The translations under genes were made by a program, and so were the position numbers. Under the pieces are notes generated by a model. It was given only the letters and a program-made list of their open reading frames with translations. It made no database searches and was not told the origin of the DNA. From Macrostomum lignano (lineage: Eukaryota), in assembly GCA_002269645.1 (NCBI GenBank), contig NIVC01000001.1, forward strand, positions 2,604,001-2,668,000: a stretch of 64,000 bases of DNA, given 5' to 3'. Shown piece after piece: positions 40,947 through 54,719 of the stretch (position 1 is the first letter of the stretch; each line of letters begins with the position of its first letter).

Positions 40947-43392
40947 TGCATTAGGCATTTCTTGGGACAAGCGTGTATAAACTGACCCGTGCTATTAGGA
41001 CCAAAAATGTGTTGGGCCAGGCCCAATAAGTGCGTCCCGACACTTCCAAAAATGAATTCTATTGAAATGAAAAAATATTCATTGGAACCGTCTTTCGATT
41101 CTCCTTTCAAAAATCATTGTCATTTTTTCATATTTTTAATCAAACACAAGGAATCTAATGATTTGCAGTGTCCTAAGAAGTTTAAAAAATTATGCGAACT
41201 GATGGTCTGATCCAACAGAACAATTGGGTCTCAAATCGGAATTCTCGTTTTATTACAATATTTCTTACAATATCAAGAAAGTCTACTACAAGTAACAGAT
41301 AAAGGTTCCCCACAGGGCTGCCAATCAACACTTGAAAGGATCCACTGACATTTGGCATCGTGTTTACTATAAAATATGAAATAATTTAATACAGATTTAG
41401 AATATTACAAGCAAGCATACAAACCTAATAGATTTAGTATATTTAGATTTTTGCATAGAAACAGCTAGCATCTAAATTCATTAGCTTCCAATTTCACTTA
41501 TACACGAAACATAACAAATTAAGGTTACATCCGCTCGTGCCCCGGGCCATTTTAACTGAAATTCTCGTTTTAAATCCGCTGCATTAATCTATTTGTCATA
41601 TGCGAATGGGATTAACGGACTCAAGTTAGTGACTGGAGGCCATTAACGTAAAGTGACACTTTGAGTGAGGTAGTTTTCCGGTGGAAATTCTCACAGTCTT
41701 ATGAAGCGCTTTTAGAGCAAAGAAATAAAGGGCAAAGAAAAACTTTGCATTTCCCGAGAAAACCGAGGACGAGTATTAGAGGGAAACGTTTAATCTCTAA
41801 GGCTTTAAATGACTTCTTTATTGGCCTGGGTTTGGGCAGCCATACTATGCAGCAAATTTTTTCCTAGAATTATGATAATTATCGTCTGGTATACTGAAAT
41901 GTACTGAGATACCAAGAAACTTAAGATGACTGCATGGACTGCTAGCACATGTTTGAGTGTCACTGTCACTGTAAAGTCTAAATCGATGACTAGTTGGCCC
42001 AAAACTACTAGGCCTTCCTGGAAAACAATTCTGCTTATCTTGGATCGTAAAGATAAACCCACGTACAGTGCAGAAGTGTTAGGACAAGCGTGTACAAGAC
42101 CCAGGCAATCCCTTACCCAGGCCACGTGTACATTCCTATCGCGGCGGGGGGAAGCGGGGAGGAGAGGCGGGTGCAAGGGAGTCGGGATAAAGTTTACACT
42201 GAAGTTGAGGCCTACAAGAGGAAGAGCCAATTCTAACGGAAAGGTACATGTAGAAGTTCCCTTTGACAAACGGCGTACTGCATATGTTCAAAACGAATAT
42301 AATTCATTTACGAGACCTGCACTACACAGACAAAATGTGCCACGTCACAAGAGTTTCCATGCATGACCTGGCATGAAAGGACTTGGCTGGGAACCATTAC
42401 ACATATGTAAGTAGAATTTAAAATTCTTTTTAAAATTTTATGATTAAATAAAAACTTAACTGGAATTTACATATGTCTTTTCTAAAATTCCAGATACGTT
42501 GATATCGATAAGCTACCGTTTTCTTCTATAACAAACAGATTTGCCTTCATTGTCCAGTAAGTATTGTCTCGTACTCGTATATGTCGTATTTTTGTACGTT
42601 GAAAAAAATAATAAGCAGCCTAGTAATACTCTGAGCTCAGTGAAATATAAGAGAGGCGGCACGATCACCTTATTTATCAATTAATTTACAACAGCCAGTT
42701 GAGCAATCATAAGTAGGCAAAATTTACACTTCTAGGAAGAACAAATTTTACTAAAAGTTTCAATCAAAACATTTGGGAAAGAAATCTCGCACGACACATC
42801 GCCCACAGTACTAGAGACTTGGAGAAATACTATGTGAGTTTGCTGGGCAACTAATGTAATATATTACTGTTATAATTCGATAGTCGAATTATTTTTTTAC
42901 CCAAAGCAGTGCTATTGCATAACTAAAGAACAGTATAAAAATGACAGCATTCTAGAACGAGAAACAAAGCTTACGGCAAAGGCAAACGCCGAAAGAAAAG
43001 CAGGGCAGAGTCAGCAGCAAAAAAGAAGCTCATCTGATTGGAAAGATGGGCGGTCAGCAAAGAGATAGGATCTCAGAAAATTGCAACTCCTAGTAACTGA
43101 AACTCAATTGCAATAAGTGTTTTGTTCTCTAGGGCATTATTAAAACAAGCAAGCCTGCCTGCAGTCAGCTAGTGAGAAAGTAAGTTGTTGCGGCACTATC
43201 GGGAAAGTGAAATTTGTACTCCATCTGACTCACACAAGCAGCAGCGTTGGGACAAACCTCGAGTATTTTAATTGTACAGTAAAATTTCATTGACAATGAA
43301 GCATTTATTAGAACAGCGACATTTAAATCTGTTATCAAACAAATCAGACCGATTTCTCAATAAGTTATTTTTCTTTTGTGCGCCCACGCACA

Positions 43393-46300
43393 GGTTCATC
43401 CGCATTCAAACTCGCCGCTGCATCCGTCATTTGGTTCACTTGCTGCTCACAAGCCGCAGCAGCAGCAGCAGCAGCAGCAGCCGCTATCCGTGCAGGCAGT
43501 CAGTCTATTTGTGGATTTTCTGGTGGATCTGAAGAAAACCCGTCTGGCACAGGATTAAAGAGAAAGAGACAATCTGTTTTGGGTGAGTATTATCTGCTGT
43601 AGAAGTATTGTACACCAGAGTACTTGTGTTACCTGGTAGAGCACAATTCAAAAGCAATGCAACAATCTCAGTGGCATTGTTGGGACACCAGCTACAAACG
43701 CAAAGAATAGTAAACACAGCCCAGCCTAGCTCAAGGCTAGTAATTTATTGGGCATTTATTGGGACATTGCAGCCAGGCCTATTTTTTGAACAGCATTTGT
43801 TGGGTCGCACTTATTGGGACAATACTGATTCTAATCGCGACTACTTCTGAGTTCTGACTTTTCAAAACAGACCCAGCATTAGTTGAACACGTTCTATTAA
43901 AGGGTTCCTTTATAGCCTATTAATGATTACTAAAGCAAGCCTATCTTAATTGATTTCTTTTCCTCGCAGCTTCTGAAGTCAGCAACGCCAGTGACATGCC
44001 TAAGAGACAAGAATGCGCTTTAACGATCAGCAGCGAGCATTCTGATCTCGCCGCTGCATCCGTCATTTGGTTCACTTGCTGCTCACAAGCCGCAGCAGCA
44101 GCAGCAGCAGCAGCAGCAGCCGCTATCCGTGCAGGCAGTCAGTCTATTTGTGAATTTTCTGGTGGATCTGAAGAAAACCCGTCCGGCACAGGATTAAAGA
44201 GAAAGAGACGATCTGTTTTGGGTGAGTATTATCTGCTGTAGAAGTATTGTACACCAGAGTACTTGTGTTACCTGGTAGAGCACAATTCAAAAGCAATGCA
44301 ACAATCTCAGTGGCATTGTTGGGACACAAGCTACAAACGCAAAGAATAGTAAACACAGCCCAGCCTAGCTCAAGGCTAGTAATTTATTGGGCATTTATTG
44401 GGACATTGCAGCCAGGCCTATTTTTTGAACAGCATTTGTTGGGTCGCACTTATTGGGACAATACTGATTCTAATCGCGACTACTTCTGAGTTCTGACTTT
44501 TCAAAACAGACCCAGCATTAGTTGAACACGTTCTATTAAAGGGTTCCTTTATAGCCTATTAATGATTACTAAAGCAAGCCTATCTTAATTGATTTCTTTT
44601 CCTCGCAGCTTCTGAAGTCAGCAACGCCAGTGACATGCCTAAGAGACAAGAATGCGCTTTAACGATCAGCAGCGAGCATTCTGATCTCGCCGCTGCATCC
44701 GTCATTTGGTTCACTTGCTGCTCACAAGCCGCAGCAGCAGCAGCAGCAGCAGCAGCCGCTATCCGTGCAGGCAGTCAGTCTATTTGTGAATTTTCTGGTG
44801 GATCTGAAGAAAACCCGTCTGGCACAGGATTAAAGAGAAAGAGACAATCTGTTTGGGTGAGTATTATCTGCTGTAGAAGTATTGTACACCAGAGTACTTG
44901 TGTTACCTGGTAGAGCACAATTCAAAAGCAATGCAACAATCTCAGTGGCATTGTTGGGACACAGCTACAAACGCAAAGAATAGTAAACACAGCCCAGCCT
45001 AGCTCAAGGCTAGTAATTTGTTGGGCATTTATTGGGACATTGCAGCCAGGCCTATTTTTTAACAGCATTTGTTGGGTCGCACTTATTGGGACAATACTGA
45101 TTCTAATCGCGACTACTTCTGAGTTCTGACTTTTCAAAACAGACCCAGCATTAGTTGAACACGTTCTATTAAAGGGTTCCTTTATAGCCTATTAATGATT
45201 ACTAAAGCAAGCCTATCTTAATTGATTTCTTTTCCTTGCAGCTTCTGAAGTCAGCAACGCCAGCGACATGCCTAAGAGACAAGAATGCGCTTTAACGATC
45301 AGCAGCGAGCATTCTGATCTCGCCGCTGCATCCGTCATTTAGTTCACTTGCTGCTCACAAGCCGCAGCAGCAGCAGCAGCAGCAGCAGCCGCTATCCGTG
45401 CAGGCAGTCAGTCTATTTGTGAATTTTCTGGTGGATCTGAAGAAAACCCGTCCGGCACAGGATTAAAGAGAAAGAGACGATCTGTTTTGGGTGAGTATTA
45501 TCTGCTGTAGAAGTATTGTACACCAGAGTACTTGTGTTACCTGGTAGAGCACAATTCAAAAGCAATGCAACAATCTCAGTGGCATTGTTGGGACACAGCT
45601 ACAAACGCAAAGAATAGTAAACACAGCCCAGCCTAGCTCAAGGCTAGTAATTTGTTGGGCATTTATTGGGACATTGCAGCCAGGCCTATTTTTTAACAGC
45701 ATTTGTTGGGTCGCACTTATTGGGACAATACTGATTCTAATCGCGACTACTTCTGAGTTCTGACTTTTCAAAACAGACCCAGCATTAGTTGAACACGTTC
45801 TATTAAAGGGTTCCTTTATAGCCTATTAATGATTACTAAAGCAAGCCTATCTTAATTGATTTCTTTTCCTCGCAGCTTCTGAAGTCAGCAACGCCAGCGA
45901 CATGCCTAAGAGACAAGAATGCGCTTTAACGATCAGCAGCGAGCATTCTGATCTCGCCGCTGCATCCGTCATTTGGTTCACTTGCTGCTCACAAGCCGCA
46001 GCAGCAGCAGCAGCAGCAGCAGCAGCCGCTATCCGTGCAGGCAGTCAGTCTATTTGTGATTTTCTGGTGGATCTGAAGAAAACCCGTCTGGCACAGGATT
46101 AAAGAGAAAGAGACGATCTGTTTTGGGTGAGTATTATCTGCTGTAGAAGTATTGTACACCAGAGTACTTGTGTTACCTGGTAGAGCACAATTCAAAAGCA
46201 ATGCAACAATCTCAGTGGCATTGTTGGGACACAAGCTACAAACGCAATGAATAGTAAACACAGCCCAGCCTAGCTCAAGGCTAGTAATTTGTTGGGCATT

Positions 46301-48644
46301 TATTGGGACATTGCAGCCAGGCCTATTTTTTGAACAGCATTTGTTGGGTCGCACTTATTGGGACAATACTGATTCTAATCGCGACTACTTCTGAGTTCTG
46401 ACTTTTCAAAACAGACCCAGCATTAGTTGAACACGTTCTATTAAAGGGTTCCTTTATAGCCTATTAATGATTACTAAAGCAAGCCTATCTTAATTGATTT
46501 CTTTTCCTTGCAGCTTCTGAAGTCAGCAACGCCAGCGACATGCCTAGGAGACAAGAATGCGCTTTAACGATCAGCAGCGAGCATTCTGATCTCGCCGCTG
46601 CATCCGTCATTTGGTTCACTTGCTGCTCACAAGCCGCAGCAGCAGCAGCAGCAGCAGCAGCCGCTATCCGTGCAGGCAGTCAGTCTATTTGTGAATTTTC
46701 TGGTGGATCTGAAGAAAACCCGTCTGGCACAGGATTAAAGAGAAAGAGACAATCTGTTTTGGGTGAGTATTATCTGCTGTAGAAGTATTGTACACCAGAG
46801 TACTTGTGTTACCTGGTAGAGCACAATTCAAAAGCAATGCAACAATCTCAGTGGCATTGTTGGGACACAGCTACAAACGCAAAGAATAGTAAACACAGCC
46901 CAGCCTAGCTCAAGGCTAGTAATTTGTTGGGCATTTATTGGGACATTGCAGCCAGGCCTATTTTTTGAACAGCATTTGTTGGGTCGCACTTATTGGGACA
47001 ATACTGATTCTAATCGCGACTACTTCTGAGTTCTGACTTTTCAAAACAGACCCAGCATTAGTTGAACACGTTCTATTAAAGGGTTCCTTTATAGCCTATT
47101 AATGATTACTAAAGCAAGCCTATCTTAATTGATTTCTTTTCCTCGCAGCTTCTGAAGTCAGCAACGCCAGTGACATGCCTAAGAGACAAGAATGCGCTTT
47201 AACGATCAGCAGCGAGCATTCTGATCTCGCCGCTGCATCCGTCATTTGGTTCACTTGCTGCTCACAAGCCGCAGCAGCAGCAGCAGCAGCAGCAGCAGCC
47301 GCTATCCGTGCAGGCAGTCAGTCTATTTGTGAATTTTCTGGTGGATCTGAAGAAAACCCGTCTGGCACAGGATTAAAGAGAAAGAGACAATCTGTTTTGG
47401 GTGAGTATTATCTGCTGTAGAAGTATTGTACACCAGAGTACTTGTGTTACCTGGTAGAGCACAATTCAAAAGCAATGCAACAATCTCAGTGGCATTGTTG
47501 GGACACCAGCTACAAACGCAAAGAATAGTAAACACAGCCCAGCCTAGCTCAAGGCTAGTAATTTGTTGGGCATTTATTGGGACATTGCAGCCAGGCCTAT
47601 TTTTTGAACAGCATTTGTTGGGTCGCACTTATTGGGACAATACTGATTCTAATCGCGACTACTTCTGAGTTCTGACTTTTCAAAACAGACCCAGCATTAG
47701 TTGAACACGTTCTATTAAAGGGTTCCTTTATAGCCTATTAATGATTACTAAAGCAAGCCTATCTTAATTGATTTCTTTTCCTCGCAGCTTCTGAAGTCAG
47801 CAACGCCAGTGACATGCCTAAGAGACAAGAATGCGCTTTAACGATCAGCAGCGAGCATTCTGATCTCGCCGCTGCATCCGTCATTTGGTTCACTTGCTGC
47901 TCACAAGCCGCAGCAGCAGCAGCAGCAGCAGCAGCAGCCGCTATCCGTGCAGGCAGTCAGTCTATTTGTGAATTTTCTGGTGGATCTGAAGAAAACCCGT
48001 CTGGCACAGGATTAAAGAGAAAGAGACAATCTGTTTTGGGTGAGTATTATCTGCTGTAGAAGTATTGTACACCAGAGTACTTGTGTTACCTGGTAGAGCA
48101 CAATTCAAAAGCAATGCAACAATCTCAGTGGCATTGTTGGGACACAAGCTACAAACGCAAAGAATAGTAAACACAGCCCAGCCTAGCTCAAGGCTAGTAA
48201 TTTGTTGGGCATTTATTGGGACATTGCAGCCAGGCCTATTTTTTGAACAGCATTTGTTGGGTCGCACTTATTGGGACAATACTGATTCTAATCGCGACTA
48301 CTTCTGAGTTCTGACTTTTCAAAACAGACCCAGCATTAGTTGAACACGTTCTATTAAAGGGTTCCTTTATAGCCTATTAATGATTACTAAAGCAAGCCTA
48401 TCTTAATTGATTTCTTTTCCTCGCAGCTTCTGAAGTCAGCAACGCCAGTGACATGCCTAAGAGACAAGAATGCGCTTTAACGATCAGCAGCGAGCATTCT
48501 GATCTCGCCGCTGCATCCGTCATTTGGTTCACTTGCTGCTCACAAGCCGCAGCAGCAGCAGCAGCAGCAGCAGCCGCTATCCGTGCCGGCAGTCAGTTAA
48601 TTGATGAGTTTTCTGGCAGAGCTGGTTATTTTTTAAGTTTCTGA
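43393..48644 (+). repeat. Tandem array of ~633-639-bp units, each resembling an exon plus intron and containing a (CAG)n tract
   Basis: Unit starts at 43970, 44609, 45242, 45876, 46514, 47149, 47788 and 48427, plus a variant first unit. Each has tttcttttcc(t)cgcag| ... ttgg|gtgagt. Confidence 0.93.
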
Positions 48645-48796
48645 ATCGAGAAGCCGATTAACTGTTGTGTGCTTCACTGGAATATTATTCAGAGGACGCA
48701 TTTTTTTGCAGTCTGTTTCTAATAAAATCCGGTGCAATGACCGCGGTAGAGCTCTAGCATTTGCTTTTTATAGTATTTGTGTATATTATTTTTCAA

Positions 48797-49168
48797 GCTA
48801 TGCTGGAATTGTTGGGACAGCCCCATCCACACTGGCTATGGTGGAATTGTTGGGACAGCCCTATCCACACTGGCTATGGTGGAATTGTTGGGACAGCCCT
48901 ATCCACACTGGCTATGCTGGAATTGTTGGGACAGCCCTATCCACACTGGCTATGCTGGAATTGTTGGGACAGCCCTATCCACACTGGCTATGCTGGAATT
49001 GTTGGGACAGCCCTATCCACACTGGCTATGCTGGAATTGTTGGGACAGCCCTATCCACACTGGCTATGCTGGAATTGTTGGGACAGCCCTATCCACACTG
49101 GCTATGCTGGAATTGTTGGGACAGCCCTATCCACACTGGCTATGCTGGAATTGTTGGGACAGCCCCAT
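48797..49168. repeat. 38-bp minisatellite (gctatgctggaattgttgggacagccctatccacactg) x~10
   Basis: Direct inspection. Confidence 0.95.
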
Positions 49169-49782
49169 ACTATAGTGTGTGCTGGCTTCTGCTATAGTGT
49201 GGTTCATTTCCGCATCCTTTTACGTAGCATTCTGTGGGTCCGAATAGCTGACATGTACCTTTTGAGTAATTCTAGTGATTGTGTCATAATCAATAAAGTA
49301 CATTTTTATGAACAGTGGAGTTTCGCTACAGAATTGTTTTTTCCCAGTGGCACTAAATGTAGCAAATTTTGTTTATTCAGATCGTAAAATTTTTTTGATA
49401 TGTGTCAATGTCGTTTGTTTTCGATAACCTTAAAGTCCCTTGCCATTTACCATCCTGTCTTCTATAATCTATGATCGCTGAAATTATCTGGTGAAATTTG
49501 ACGTGCTGATATTATTGCCTTAAGTGGAATTCAGCAAGACACCAGGGTTTTTAAATTCTGTTTTAGACAAGTATACATGTACAGTCTGTTGTGAGTTCAA
49601 TGCACCTCGAAAAATGCTTTCCAACTGTTTTCAGTAAGCCAAAAGTATGTTGTCAATAAAAATCGATTTGGTGGGTTGAAAATTGCCTGTGTGGGGACGT
49701 GTGTGTGTGTGATTTTTTGTGTGTCGGAGCAGTCCCAATATGTGCAAGCTTTTGCACACTTGGCCAATAAGTGCCTCGTGCA

Positions 49783-49819
<37 letters not shown>

Positions 49820-49849
49820 ATTTACTATCATTAATATTGGGGTTCTATA

Positions 49850-50506
49850 GTAGAGATAGATGGGCACTGCAGAGGTAATGGTAGAGATAGATGGGCACTG
49901 CAGAGGTGATGGTAGAGATAGATGGGCACTGCAGAGGTGATGGTAGAGATAGATGGGCACTGCAGAGGTGATGGTAGAGATAGATGGGCACTGCAGAGGT
50001 AATGGTAGAGATAGATGGGCACTGAAGAGGTGATGGTAGAGATAGATAGCCACTGAAGAGGTGATGGTAGAGATAGATGGGCACTGCAGAGGTGATGGTA
50101 GAGATAGATGGGCACTGCAGAGGTGATGGTAGAGATAGATGGGCACTGCAGAGGTGATGGTAGAGATAGATAGCCACTGAAGAGGTGATGGTAGAGATAG
50201 ATGGGCACTGCAGAGGTGATGGTAGAGATAGATGGGCACTGCAGAGGTGATGGTAGAGATAGATGGGCACTGCAGAGGTGATGGTAGAGATAGATGGGCA
50301 CTGCAGAGGTGATGGTAGAGATAGATGGGCACTGCAGAGGTGATGGTAGAGATAGATGGGCACTGCAGAGGTGATGGTAGAGATAGATGGGCACTGCAGA
50401 GGTGATGGTAGAGATAGATGGGCACTGCAGAGGTGATGGTAGAGATAGATGGGCACTGCAGAGGTGATGGTAGAGATAGATGGGCACTGCAGAGGTGATG
50501 GTAGAG
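49850..50506. repeat. 31-bp minisatellite (gtagagatagatgggcactgcagaggtgatg) x~21
   Basis: Direct inspection. Confidence 0.96.
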
Positions 50507-51589
50507 AGGAGAATTATTCGAGAGCCGTTATTAGATCGACGTTTCAATTTAAATGCAGTTTTTTCATTTGCAACCTGGAGTGTACACGTAAACGTGCAAA
50601 TGTAGGCTGCAGCTTTATACACTATTAAATTGTCCGTATTGGTCGCAGTCAAACAGTTCAATACTTTAAGTAGTCAGTTTAGTAATATTAAATTAGGCTT
50701 GTTTACTACTTGAAGGTTAGTTTTTCCTGATGATGAAAGATGAGATCCCAGCAGACTTGATGCAGACTCGAACTGGGTAAATGTTTGTCCCTGCTGTCAA
50801 CACGCTTAGCCAAGCAGGTTGTTTTTCTAGGAAAAGTCGCACTAATCCGATGAAAAAAACATCACAGTCCCTATACAGCTTTTGTGCGAGTATGATCTCT
50901 CTAGCCTTCACCCCTGAGGCATTTTTCTTGGTTTGGCCGGCTCATAATTGCTTACTGATAGCAACTTGGCCTGTTGCTTTTTGTTAATTCGATATGTATT
51001 CGTTTCGTATTACTTGTAGATTTCCAGGGCGGACCTGATGCTTGAGAATGGAACTGTTCCCATTGCCTGCAGCTTTCTAAATCTAGGAAGATAGCCGAGT
51101 GTGCAGCTGAATTTTAGGTTTGCCATTAGCTCGTACTTGACTAGGTAAAATTATGAACTTAGACTTCTTACCCATGCAGCAATTGTACAAATATGGACAA
51201 CTAAACCTTTTTGCATTCAATTTCGGCAAACTGGCTTTCATTTTTGGCATCAGCTATGGCCGCACATCCGAACTGCATTCGAATTCGGCAACTCGAGTTT
51301 CTATTTAGACAAACTGATATTCAAATTCGGCAAACTGCACTCCATTTCGGCATCGTATATTCAATTTCAGCAGCCAGCGCCTCGTGCCGCAGACTGTCTA
51401 TGGAAATAAGCGCATCTAAACCCAAAACTGCATTCAATTTCGGCACAGAAAATATCGATCGAGGAGAGAGGTTACCATAAACTCTATGTTAAAAACCGAT
51501 GTAGAAATCTGAAATGAGAACCATTTATACAGTCTTGCAAAATCTGAAAGCTCTGTGTAAAAAAAAGAGAAAAACAAACAAGCAACGAC

Positions 51590-51850
51590 ATGCAACGTGG
51601 AGGATACCATAAGATATCAACTGAAGACTGAGCCCGACTTTTGGATGCACATGAAGCTGGAGACGATTACATGGCGGTGGCTCGCACGCTCAATGTTAAA
51701 CGCTCAACTGCGCGACTTGACGCTCTGCCGAAAGGAGCTGGGAAAAACCCACGGAAAATTTGATGCCCAAATGGCTGACTTAGGAAGCCCGTTCTTGACG
51801 CCAGTCGAGAGCGCGATTTCGTCTTGGAAGGCCGGGATCAAGCAGCTCTG
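51590..51850 (+). pseudogene. Tc1/mariner (IS630-Tc1) transposase N-terminal HTH relic
   Basis: MQRGGYHKISTED*ARLLDAHEAGDDYMAVARTLNVKRSTAR...LPKG..GK.D.QM resembles the paired-like HTH of Tc1-type transposases. Contains a stop and a frameshift; no DDE domain seen. Confidence 0.6.
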
Positions 51851-52084
51851 CTTTCGCTGCCTGTCAACCGCCACCGGTTCATCAACCCCACTGCTGAAGA
51901 CCGACAGGGGCGCACCATTGTGCAATTCCGCCGTGACGAGCTTCGGCTTCAGCTTCAACTTTATGATAAATTTTATCGACCTTCGTGCAGCAGTGAAAGG
52001 TCATAACCTCGAGATAAAATATTGCGTGGTTTTTGTCTATGGTAGATGGACCTGAAAAATTCAGCACTTCAAAGCTGCTGCACC

Positions 52085-52868
52085 CAACTGCTCCACAACC
52101 CGGTCTGAAAATCCCCCACAATCCTGTCTGAAAATCTCCCACAACCCGGTCTGAAAATCTCCCACAACCCGGTCTGAAAATCTCCCACAACCCTGTCTGA
52201 AAATCTCCCACAACCAGATCTGAAAATCTCCCACAAACCGGCCTGAAAATCTCCCACAACCCGGTCTGAAAATCTCCCACAACCCGGTCTGAAAATCTCC
52301 CACAACCCTATCTGAAGAAAATCTCCCACAACCCGGTCTGAAAATCTCCCACAGCCCGGTCTGAAAATCTCCCACAACCCGGTCTGAAAATCTCCCACAA
52401 CCCGGTCTGAAAATTTCCCACAATCCTGTCTGAAAATCTCCCACAACCCGGTCTGAAAATCTCCCACAACTCGGTCTGAAAATCTCCCACAACTCGGTCT
52501 GAAAATCTCCCACAACCCGGTCTGAAAATCTCCCACAACCCTATCTAAAAATCTCCCACAACCCTATCTGAAGAAAATCTCCCACAACCCGGTCTGAAAA
52601 TCTCCCACAACCCTATCTGAAGAAAATCTCCCACAACCCGGTCTGAAAATCTCCCACAACCCTATCTGAAAATCTCCCACAACCCTATCTGAAGAAAATC
52701 TCCCACAACCCGGTCTGAAAATCTCCCACAACCCGGTCTGAAAATCTCCCACAACCCTATCTGAAGAAAATCTCCCACAACCCTGTCTGAAAATCTCCCA
52801 CAACCCTATCTGAAGAAAATCTCCCACAACCCTGTCTGAAAATCTCCCACAACCCGGTCTGAAAATCT
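52085..52868. repeat. 23-bp minisatellite (tctgaaaatctcccacaacccgg)
   Basis: Direct inspection. Confidence 0.96.
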
Positions 52869-53974
52869 TGCACAAATGGTCTGAGGATCACCCTACCCTT
52901 TGAGCAAACTAATGTGGAGAAGATTATAACCTTTTACGTCGGAGTATAAATTAAGGCACGCGACTCCCGGCCAGTCTTAATTATGTAAATCAGAAAATCG
53001 CCTTCCGATCAGATCGATCGTGTCATAAAGATTTCGTGCCGGCAGCCGCTATATGCATCTTAGTAATTACGCATCCGAGGTAATCTAATTAGCCTGAGCC
53101 TTGTTCCGGAATTTCCGACAATGCCCCACGAATCGATCGATATTAATTATACCGAAGCTGAGTTCAGCCGACGCAACTGTGACACCAAATAAAATTGTTC
53201 AATACTGATCAGTAGACAGAGTCGTCAGTTCTCTTTCAAGTTGTGCTGGTTGCGGTGCGAGAAGGGTGAAGATCGAGATGACAGACTTCTATAGCATGGC
53301 TATCATTTAGTGCCATCATGTATAGTGCCTGACTGCAGCAGTACAGGAGTTTTCTCCAGCTGCCTCAGTGGCGGGACTGTCGTAACTACTTATAGAGCAC
53401 AATTTTTGGTTATGTCGTCATAAGGTAGTTTTCTTAGCAGCAGACAAGACCTTAAGGGTAAAACTGCATAGTCAATAAAATAATTTACTGTGGATTTGAT
53501 TAGATTAAAGCTTCCGCTTTATGTAGTCACGCCAGGTGCACGTGATGGTGACTTATGCGGTAAATTGAAATCGTATTTAGTTATAGCCGATTACAGAGGG
53601 ATTATTTTTCGATTTACTAAATTGAAAAATTGTATTGTAAATATCTTGAACTCCCTAAGGCTTAGGTTGGTAAGACAATATATAGCCGTCCGTGGGTTTA
53701 CTTTCAGAAGTAATTCAGTAAATGGATTTTCTTTACAACTTTAATTTGAATGGGACGATATCTACCTGTACCAGTGCTACAGTAAGCTACATTCATGTAC
53801 GTATATCGTTGTGATGAGTCATGAGTCAAGTCATGTGAGCATGTTTACCCCTCTGGGCAGAATGCGCGGGAAAGCAGGTGATGAGTCATCGAGTCTACTT
53901 TATCTGGCCCTACTACCCTACTTACTATTTAAGAAGCAATACAATTTATTTTTAGCAACAAACTAGCAGTCTAG

Positions 53975-54058
53975 TGCCTGCGGCGACAACTGCCTGTGGC
54001 GACAACTGCCTGCGGCGACAACTGCCTGCGGCGACAACTGCCTGCGGCGACAACTGCT
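53975..54058. repeat. 15-bp tandem repeat (gcggcgacaactgcc/t) x~5
   Basis: Direct inspection. Confidence 0.88.
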
Positions 54059-54292
54059 TTTTTAAGTTAATAACTATGTGAACCAATGTACTGTAGTAGT
54101 TGCAAATATAGCTTCTGTCAATGTAGAATTTCGCATGTGCTGTTAAATAGAAAAATATATAATAATATACTTTTGAATTCATTACATTAAAACCTGTTTT
54201 TTATTTCTCTGTTTACCGGTATTCTGTTTTCTTCTAATTACTAATAATAACTATGATGTTACGCTCAGAGTTGTTAAACAAGCTCAGCAAGC

Positions 54293-54719
54293 AGTCAGCT
54301 GTCTCCACTGTCAGCTGTCTCCACTGTCAGCTGTCTCCACTGTCAGCTGTCTCCACTGTCAGCTGTCTCCACTGTCAGCTGTCTCCACTGTCAGCTGTCT
54401 CCACTGTCAGCTGTCTCCACTGTCAGCTGTCTCCACTGTCAGCTGTCTCCACTGTCAGCTGTCTCCACTGTCAGCTGTCTCCACTGTCAGCTGTCTCCAC
54501 TGTCAGCTGTCTCCACTGTCAGCTGTCTCCACTGTCAGCTGTCTCCACTGTCAGCTGTCTCCACTGTCAGCTGTCTCCACTGTCAGCTGTCTCCACTGTC
54601 AGCTGTCTCCACTGTCAGCTGTCTCCACTGTCAGCTGTCTCCACTGTCAGCTGTCTCCACTGTCAGCTGTCTCCACTGTCAGCTGTCTCCACTGTCAGCT
54701 GTCTCCACTGTCAGCTGTC
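54293..54719. repeat. Perfect 16-bp repeat (gtcagctgtctccact) x~26
   Basis: Direct inspection. Confidence 0.97.

Noticed and set aside
41805-42366. Overlapping 146-154-aa ORFs
   Set aside because: No recognisable motifs; the sequence resembles repeat ends and intergenic DNA.
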